From an uncultured Rhodobacteraceae bacterium (lineage in GTDB: Bacteria; Pseudomonadota; Alphaproteobacteria; Rhodobacterales; Rhodobacteraceae), in the NCBI GenBank assembly GCA_943788345.1, contig CALSPX010000015.1, forward strand, positions 86,452 through 150,451: a stretch of 64,000 bases of DNA, read 5' to 3'. A program made the translations under genes and the position numbers. Positions 58,275 to 64,000 of this stretch are shown in pieces (the stretch's first letter is position 1; each line of letters begins with the position of its first letter). The notes under the pieces are model-generated. The model saw only the letters and a list, made by a program, of their open reading frames with translations, had not been told where the DNA came from and searched no databases.

Positions 58275-58296
58275 TTGGTAATATTACTTTACCAAA
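58275..58296. promoter_or_regulatory. Candidate GntR/FadR-type (GlcC-like) operator
   Basis: Perfect inverted repeat TTGGTAA-N8-TTACCAA in the short divergent gap before glcD. Confidence 0.6.
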
Positions 58297-58319
58297 TTAG
58301 CCACGCTAAGGATTCTGCT

Positions 58320-59768
58320 ATGGAAATGCCTGTCCCTTCACAATCGGTTCTCGCGCGCAAATCCCGTGTGGTCGAACGGCTGCAAGGTGTGTTGCCTATG
58401 GATGCTGTGATCCACGACGAAATGGAAACACGCGCGTATGAATGTGACGCGCTGACGGCCTATCGCTGTCCACCCATGGCGGCAGTGTTGCCCACCACGA
58501 CCAAAGAGGTCTCTGACGTCTTGCGCATTTGCCATGAAGAAGGCGTGCCTGTTGTGCCGCGCGGCTCTGGTACATCGCTCGCTGGTGGCGCGTTGCCGAC
58601 TGCGGATTGCGTGATCTTGGGCGTGGCGCGGATGAACGATGTGATCGAAACAAACTATCCAGATCGCTATATTCGCGTCCAAACGGGCCGCACCAATCTA
58701 AGCGTCACAGGCGCGGTTGAAGAAGACGGGTTCTTTTACGCGCCCGATCCCAGCAGCCAATTGGCCTGTGCGATTGCGGGCAATATCGCGATGAACTCAG
58801 GTGGGGCGCACTGTCTGAAGTACGGCGTGACGACGAACAACCTGATGGGTGTCACGATGGTCTTGATGACGGGTGAGATCGTCGAAATTGGCGGTGCTCA
58901 TCTGGATGCTGGCAATCTGGATCTGCTTGGCCTGATCTGTGGGTCTGAAGGGCAGCTTGGCGTCGTGACCGAAGCGACATTGCGGATTTTGCACAAACCA
59001 GAGGGCGCGCGCCCTGTTTTGGTGGGGTTCGACGATAATGAGGTCGCAGGCGCATGCGTGTCTGACATCATCAAGGCAGGCGTTCTACCTGTTGCGATCG
59101 AATTCATGGACGCGCTGTGCATCAAAACCTGCGAAGAATTCGCCCAAGCGGGGTACCCAGATTGTCAGGCTTTGCTAATCATTGAGGTTGAGGGATCAGA
59201 GGCCGAGATCGACGACCAATTGGCGCGTATCGTCAAGATTGCAAACCAGCACAATCCGGTTGAAGTACGCGAAAGCAAATCAGCCGAAGAAAGTGCTGCG
59301 ATTTGGTTGGGCCGCAAAAGCGCCTTTGGCGCGATGGGTCAGATCAGTGATTACATGTGTCTAGACGGGACGATCCCCGTTTCTGAATTGCCAATGGTGT
59401 TGCGCCGTATCGGTGAATTGTCCGATCAGTTTGGCCTGCCTGTGGGCAATGTTTTCCACGCTGGAGACGGCAACATGCACCCATTAATTTTATTCGACGC
59501 AAACAAACCTGGTGATCTGGAACTGTGCGAAGAGATGGGTGCGGAAATCCTTAAGCTTTGCGTAGATGCAGGTGGGTGTTTGACGGGCGAACATGGCGTT
59601 GGGATCGAAAAGCGGGATTTGATGACTTATCAATATGCACCTGCCGATCTTGAAGCGCAGTTGGCGGTCAAAGACGTGTTTGATCCCCATTGGTTGTTGA
59701 ACGCGGCCAAAGTGTTTCCGCTGGCGGTTTCACACGATCGCCGCGCCGAACAAATCGCTGCTGAATAA
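58320..59768 (+). CDS. glcD: Glycolate oxidase FAD-linked subunit
   Basis: PRGSGTSLAGG, YAPDPSSQ, GGAHCLKYG, GSEG, HAGDGNMHP, GEHGVG. Confidence 0.93.
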   Translation: MEMPVPSQSVLARKSRVVERLQGVLPMDAVIHDEMETRAYECDALTAYRCPPMAAVLPTTTKEVSDVLRICHEEGVPVVPRGSGTSLAGGALPTADCVILGVARMNDVIETNYPDRYIRVQTGRTNLSVTGAVEEDGFFYAPDPSSQLACAIAGNIAMNSGGAHCLKYGVTTNNLMGVTMVLMTGEIVEIGGAHLDAGNLDLLGLICGSEGQLGVVTEATLRILHKPEGARPVLVGFDDNEVAGACVSDIIKAGVLPVAIEFMDALCIKTCEEFAQAGYPDCQALLIIEVEGSEAEIDDQLARIVKIANQHNPVEVRESKSAEESAAIWLGRKSAFGAMGQISDYMCLDGTIPVSELPMVLRRIGELSDQFGLPVGNVFHAGDGNMHPLILFDANKPGDLELCEEMGAEILKLCVDAGGCLTGEHGVGIEKRDLMTYQYAPADLEAQLAVKDVFDPHWLLNAAKVFPLAVSHDRRAEQIAAE

Positions 59769-59802
59769 CAACGTCCCTCACACTACAATCGATGGAACAT
59801 TG

Positions 59803-60903
59803 ATGATGACCCCGACAAGTGAACAAGAACTGTCCGAATGCGTGTCCCAAGCCAAAGGCCCGTTAGCGATCAAAGGTGGCGGAACACGCGGTGTTGGCGT
59901 CGATGGCGATGTGCTGAATACAGGCGGTCTGACCGGGATTGATCTGTATGAACCGGGCGCATTGACGGTTGTGGTTAAGGCGGGAACTGAACTGTCTGAA
60001 ATCGAAACTACATTGGCGGGTGAACGGCAGCGTTTGGCGTTTGAGCCGATGGATTATCGCGGTCTGCTGGGTCTAAAGGGCGAACCGACAATCGGTGGTA
60101 TTGTTGCGGGTAACATCAGTGGCCCGCGTCGTATCCAAGTGGGTGCCGCGCGCGATTTTACCTTGGGCGTTCGGTTTGTAAACGGGCAGGGTACCATCGT
60201 GAAAAACGGTGGGCGCGTGATGAAGAACGTGACCGGTTATGATTTGGTCAAGCTGATGTCGGGCAGTTGGGGAACACTGGGCGTTCTAAGTGAAGTGTCC
60301 CTAAAGGTGCTGCCGATGCCCGAAGCCGAGGCAACGTTGCGCGTGCACGGATTGGACCTGAATGATGCGGTGGGCGCGATGGCTGCAGCACTTGGGTCTC
60401 CATACGATGTCAGCGGTGCTGCGCATCTGCCCAATAACGACACAGGCGTAACGATGATCCGCGTTGAGGGGTTCACAGACTCTGTCAGCTATCGCACCGC
60501 GCAATTACGTGAAGCACTGGCAAAGTTTGGTGGCGAGATCACGGTAAAAGAAAATGCCGATGATGCATGGGCTGCTGTGCGCGATGTTGAAAATTTCCAT
60601 GGCAAAGATGGGGATGTTTGGCGCATTTCGGTAAAACCCTCAGATGGCCCAGCCGTTGTCGCAGCAATTGATCCGCTGGAGGCGCAATTTGATTGGGCGG
60701 GTGGATTGGTCTGGGTGCGTACTGAACAAGGGAGTGATGTGCGCGCCAAATTGTCAGGCATCTCGGGCCATGCCACCTTGGTGCGCGGGACAGGGCAACC
60801 ACGTTTCCAACCGGAAACAATAGGCGTTGCCGCATTGTCCGCAGGGCTGCGTCAGCGGTTTGATCCGCGGGGCATTTTGAACGCAGGATTGATGACAGCG
60901 TAA
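59803..60903 (+). CDS. glcE: Glycolate oxidase FAD-binding subunit
   Basis: YEPGAL, LAFEP, SGPRR, GGRVMKNVTGYDL, FDPRGILN. Confidence 0.9.
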   Translation: MMTPTSEQELSECVSQAKGPLAIKGGGTRGVGVDGDVLNTGGLTGIDLYEPGALTVVVKAGTELSEIETTLAGERQRLAFEPMDYRGLLGLKGEPTIGGIVAGNISGPRRIQVGAARDFTLGVRFVNGQGTIVKNGGRVMKNVTGYDLVKLMSGSWGTLGVLSEVSLKVLPMPEAEATLRVHGLDLNDAVGAMAAALGSPYDVSGAAHLPNNDTGVTMIRVEGFTDSVSYRTAQLREALAKFGGEITVKENADDAWAAVRDVENFHGKDGDVWRISVKPSDGPAVVAAIDPLEAQFDWAGGLVWVRTEQGSDVRAKLSGISGHATLVRGTGQPRFQPETIGVAALSAGLRQRFDPRGILNAGLMTA

Positions 60904-61268
60904 TGACACCTTTGGTGATCATATTTTTGACGGTGTTCGTCGCGGGGCCAATGGCCTTTCTGCTGCTTTTGCGGCTGGCTCCATCAAAACGTCGATCCAT
61001 TGGATTGGTTTGTTTGGTCGTTGGCTCGACAGGAATGAGCGCCTCTTTGCGTTACCTGTCAGGTGGGTGGGGGCAGGACGCCTTTTACACCTTGGCAGGG
61101 ATTGGATTTATTTGGGTGGCGTGGATCGCGGTAATTGTTTTCTTGGCGCAGCGATTTCGCCAACTTGATAATCGCCTCCTAATGCGCCGCTGGACGGCAA
61201 TAATTGGAGCCTTGGCAACAACGGTTCCGTGGTTCGGGCTTGCCTCTGCCCGGATGATGACTTTTTAA
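60903..61268 (+). CDS. Small four-helix membrane hypothetical protein
   Basis: 121 aa with about four hydrophobic segments; TAATG coupling to glcE; fills the glcE-glcF gap. Confidence 0.6.
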   Translation: MTPLVIIFLTVFVAGPMAFLLLLRLAPSKRRSIGLVCLVVGSTGMSASLRYLSGGWGQDAFYTLAGIGFIWVAWIAVIVFLAQRFRQLDNRLLMRRWTAIIGALATTVPWFGLASARMMTF

Positions 61269-61280
61269 GGATTTCGACAG

Positions 61281-62603
61281 ATGCAAACGATGTTTACACC
61301 AGAGCAACTTAAGGATCCTGCGATTGAGCGGTCCAACCAGATTTTGCGCAATTGCGTTCACTGCGGATTTTGTACCGCCACTTGCCCGACCTATCAGATA
61401 CTGGGTGATGAATTGGACAGCCCGCGTGGCCGCATTTATCTGATCAAGGATATGCTTGAGAACGAGCGTGTGCCTGACGAAAAGACAGTAAAGCACATTG
61501 ATCGTTGCCTAAGTTGCTTGGCCTGTATGTCGACCTGTCCGTCTGGCGTGCACTACATGCACCTTGTCGATCATGCGCGTGACTATATCGAACAGAAATA
61601 TAAACGCCCGATGTCTGATCGCCTTTTGCGTTGGGTTCTGTCACGTATTTTACCCTATCCAATGCGGTTCCGGATTGCGCTACTGGGTGCGAAGATTGGG
61701 CGTCCCTTCGCACGCTTTATGCCAGATGCGCGGTTGCGTGCGATGCTGGAAATGGCCCCGAAAATCATCCCACCTGTCAGCCGCAATGACGACCCGCAAA
61801 CCTTTGCGCCCAAAGTGGCACGTAAGAAACGGGTCGCTTTGATGACGGGCTGTGCGCAAAAGGCGCTGAACACAGATATCAATGATGCGACCATAAGGTT
61901 GCTGACACGTCTTGGCTGTGAAGTGGTTGTCGCTGAGGGTGCAGGGTGCTGTGGTGCCTTAACCCACCACATGGGCAAAACGGCGGAAAGCCACGGAGCT
62001 GCGGGCAAGAATATTCGCGCATGGGCTGCTGAAATGGATGGCGACGGATTGGACGCGATTGTGATCAACACATCAGGTTGTGGCACTACGGTCAAAGATT
62101 ACGGTCACATGTTCCGCAATGATCCATTGGCGGTCGACGCCGCGCGCGTGGCAGAAATTGCTAAGGATGTGAGTGAGGTTCTAATGGACCTAGATTTGCC
62201 GATAGGTGCGGACCAAGAGCTGACAATCGCCTATCATGCAGCCTGTTCGTTGCAGCATGGCCAACAGATCAAAACCTTTCCCAAGGATCTGTTGAAGAAG
62301 GCTGGGTTCAAAGTGGTTGAACCCAGCGATCCACACCTATGTTGTGGCTCTGCAGGGACCTACAATTTGATGCAGCCTGAAATTTCCAAGCAATTGAGAG
62401 ATCGAAAAGTACGCAGTATTGAGGCAAAAAATCCCGATATTATCGCTGCAGGCAACATCGGTTGCATGATGCAAATTGGGTCCGCCAGCGGCATTCCGAT
62501 CGTGCACACAGTCGAGCTGTTGGATTGGGCAACAGGTGGGCCACGCCCGCCAGCATTGGATCGTGCTGAGGCTGCAGAGCCACAGGTTCCAATCTTGCGG
62601 TGA
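61281..62603 (+). CDS. glcF: Glycolate oxidase iron-sulfur subunit
   Basis: CVHCGFCTATCP, ELDSPRGR, CLSCLACMSTCP, two CCG motifs, NIGC. Confidence 0.95.
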   Translation: MQTMFTPEQLKDPAIERSNQILRNCVHCGFCTATCPTYQILGDELDSPRGRIYLIKDMLENERVPDEKTVKHIDRCLSCLACMSTCPSGVHYMHLVDHARDYIEQKYKRPMSDRLLRWVLSRILPYPMRFRIALLGAKIGRPFARFMPDARLRAMLEMAPKIIPPVSRNDDPQTFAPKVARKKRVALMTGCAQKALNTDINDATIRLLTRLGCEVVVAEGAGCCGALTHHMGKTAESHGAAGKNIRAWAAEMDGDGLDAIVINTSGCGTTVKDYGHMFRNDPLAVDAARVAEIAKDVSEVLMDLDLPIGADQELTIAYHAACSLQHGQQIKTFPKDLLKKAGFKVVEPSDPHLCCGSAGTYNLMQPEISKQLRDRKVRSIEAKNPDIIAAGNIGCMMQIGSASGIPIVHTVELLDWATGGPRPPALDRAEAAEPQVPILR

Positions 62604-62675
62604 ATCTGGTTAGTTGCCCTAATTCTGCCGCAACTGACCGATATCCGGTCAGGGTAATGTTTTAGGATTGTTGCT

Positions 62676-63467
62676 TTGCGTCGCTGGATGTTTCTTTCAA
62701 TTATGGCTTTGGTTGTTGCCTCTGCTGCGTTTGCGCAGGATGCACGATTGCGCCGTTTGAACACGAGCGATGATGGTCGCGCCTGGCAAGCTGTCGGGCG
62801 ATTGGATATCGGTGGAACAGGGTTCTGCACGGGTGCATTGATTACGCCTGACCTTGTTTTGACAGCCGCGCATTGCCTGTTCGACAAATCAACGAACGAA
62901 CGTATCGATCACAAAACTGTCGAATTTCTGGCGGGTTGGCGCAATGGTCGGGCCTCAGCATACCGCAACATTCGCCGTGCTGTTGTGCATCCTGATTATG
63001 TTTTTGGTGGCAAAGTTTCGTCGGAACGGGTCCATTACGATTTGGCCTTGCTTGAACTGGATCAACCCATTCGCAACACCACCGTTATCCCTTTTGGCAC
63101 CGCAGCGCGCCCCCTAAAAGGCGATCAAGTTGGTGTTGTGAGCTACGCCAAAGACAGGTCAGAAGCGCCATCATTACAAGAGGTTTGTGTTGTTCTGGCA
63201 CGCCAAGAAGGGGTGCTGGTCACCTCATGCTCCGTTGATTTCGGATCTTCAGGCGCACCAATTTTTACCTTCAAAGACGGCGAAGCGCATATCGTCTCCG
63301 TGGTTTCAGCCAAGGCTGAAGTAGACGGCGAAAAGGTCTCTTTGGGAACCGCATTGGGCGGCCCTTTGGCGCGATTACGCGCTGAAATGGTGGCTCTTAA
63401 AAGGTCCGATCGGATTCAAGTAGACGGGGCGCGCCACGACACTGGCGCGAAATTTATCAAACCATGA
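62676..63467 (+). CDS. Secreted trypsin-like (V8-type) serine protease
   Basis: Signal peptide; catalytic triad in TAAHC, YDLALL and FGSSGAP. Confidence 0.88.
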   Translation: MRRWMFLSIMALVVASAAFAQDARLRRLNTSDDGRAWQAVGRLDIGGTGFCTGALITPDLVLTAAHCLFDKSTNERIDHKTVEFLAGWRNGRASAYRNIRRAVVHPDYVFGGKVSSERVHYDLALLELDQPIRNTTVIPFGTAARPLKGDQVGVVSYAKDRSEAPSLQEVCVVLARQEGVLVTSCSVDFGSSGAPIFTFKDGEAHIVSVVSAKAEVDGEKVSLGTALGGPLARLRAEMVALKRSDRIQVDGARHDTGAKFIKP

Positions 63468-64000
63468 AGCATTTTATAATTACATCGTTTCTTTGTCTCA
63501 GCGCAGGCTTTGCGCAGGCAGGCAGCAGCAATTTGAAAAAGCTGGAAACCCAAAACGAGGCGCGTGGCTGGCAAGCCGTTGGCCGTCTCGACATTGCCAA
63601 TAGTGGGTTTTGTTCGGGCACATTGATCGCTCCAGATTTGGTTTTGACGGCGGCGCACTGCGTCTATGACCGCACAACAGGCGCGGCGTACAAACCCAAA
63701 GATTTCGTTTTTCGCGCGGGCTTGCGTGAGGGAAAAGCAGCCACAGAACGTCGCATCGTCGGTGTCGCAGCCCATGATGGTTACGTGCCAATGGAACCAT
63801 TGTCAGCCAAGAACGTGAGCCATGATTTGGCTCTGTTACAGCTGAGCAGGCCAATTCCGTTTTCCGAAATGGACCCCTTCGCATTACACACCGATGTTGT
63901 GAAAAACGGTCCCGTCAGTGTGGTGTCCTATGGACGTGGGCGTGCTGATGCACAGTCGCGCCAACGCGAATGTCAGATGATGGATCGCCAAGAGAACGTG
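63464..64000 (+). CDS. Second trypsin-like serine protease, 3'-truncated by the window end
   Basis: Translated by hand from ATG 63464: MKHFIITSFLCLSAGFAQA...GWQAVGRLDIANSGFCSGTLIAPDLVLTAAHC...HDLALLQL; open to the end of the window. Confidence 0.88.
   Translation, partial: MKHFIITSFLCLSAGFAQAGSSNLKKLETQNEARGWQAVGRLDIANSGFCSGTLIAPDLVLTAAHCVYDRTTGAAYKPKDFVFRAGLREGKAATERRIVGVAAHDGYVPMEPLSAKNVSHDLALLQLSRPIPFSEMDPFALHTDVVKNGPVSVVSYGRGRADAQSRQRECQMMDRQENV

Noticed and set aside
1-64000. Prophage, IS element, defence island, rRNA or tRNA genes
   Set aside because: No integrase, transposase, phage structural, toxin-antitoxin or restriction genes were recognised, and the intergenic gaps are short with no cloverleaf seen by eye. 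A tRNAscan/Infernal run is still needed to exclude small RNAs, for example in 52160-52460 and 16720-16970.

Overview
A 64-kb, gene-dense, moderate-GC core-genome window from an alphaproteobacterium. Gene content and order point to the Roseobacter group (Rhodobacteraceae), which is an inference. It holds translation and housekeeping genes (truB, rbfA, dapB, rsmB, purH, lspA, rsfS, rlmH, leuCD), an M16 peptidase pair, deoC with an ALDH16-type aldehyde dehydrogenase, an NCS2 permease and mutL-rmuC. It also holds the rpoE-chrR singlet-oxygen module with its divergent furan-fatty-acid (ufaD/ufaO-like) operon, a saccharopine dehydrogenase, a formate dehydrogenase alpha subunit without partners, a two-component system divergent from an acyl-CoA ligase/Liv-type ABC/PaaK-like cluster, an isolated Fe(III) ABC permease, glcDEF and two tandem trypsin-like proteases. 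I saw no rRNA, tRNA, CRISPR array, transposase, integrase or phage gene, and I cannot claim a clearly new system. The best second-look items are a doubly broken ada gene (start ATG>ACG plus an in-frame TAG), a codon-4 nonsense lesion in a membrane protein gene whose downstream partner lacks a canonical start, back-to-back sigmaE promoters, an exact 11-bp-period repeat inside the ABC operon, a dispersed 22-bp intergenic repeat, and shared C-terminal -AAE/-AAQ tails on unrelated enzymes. Product calls come from motifs recognised by eye and recalled family knowledge; no searches were run.
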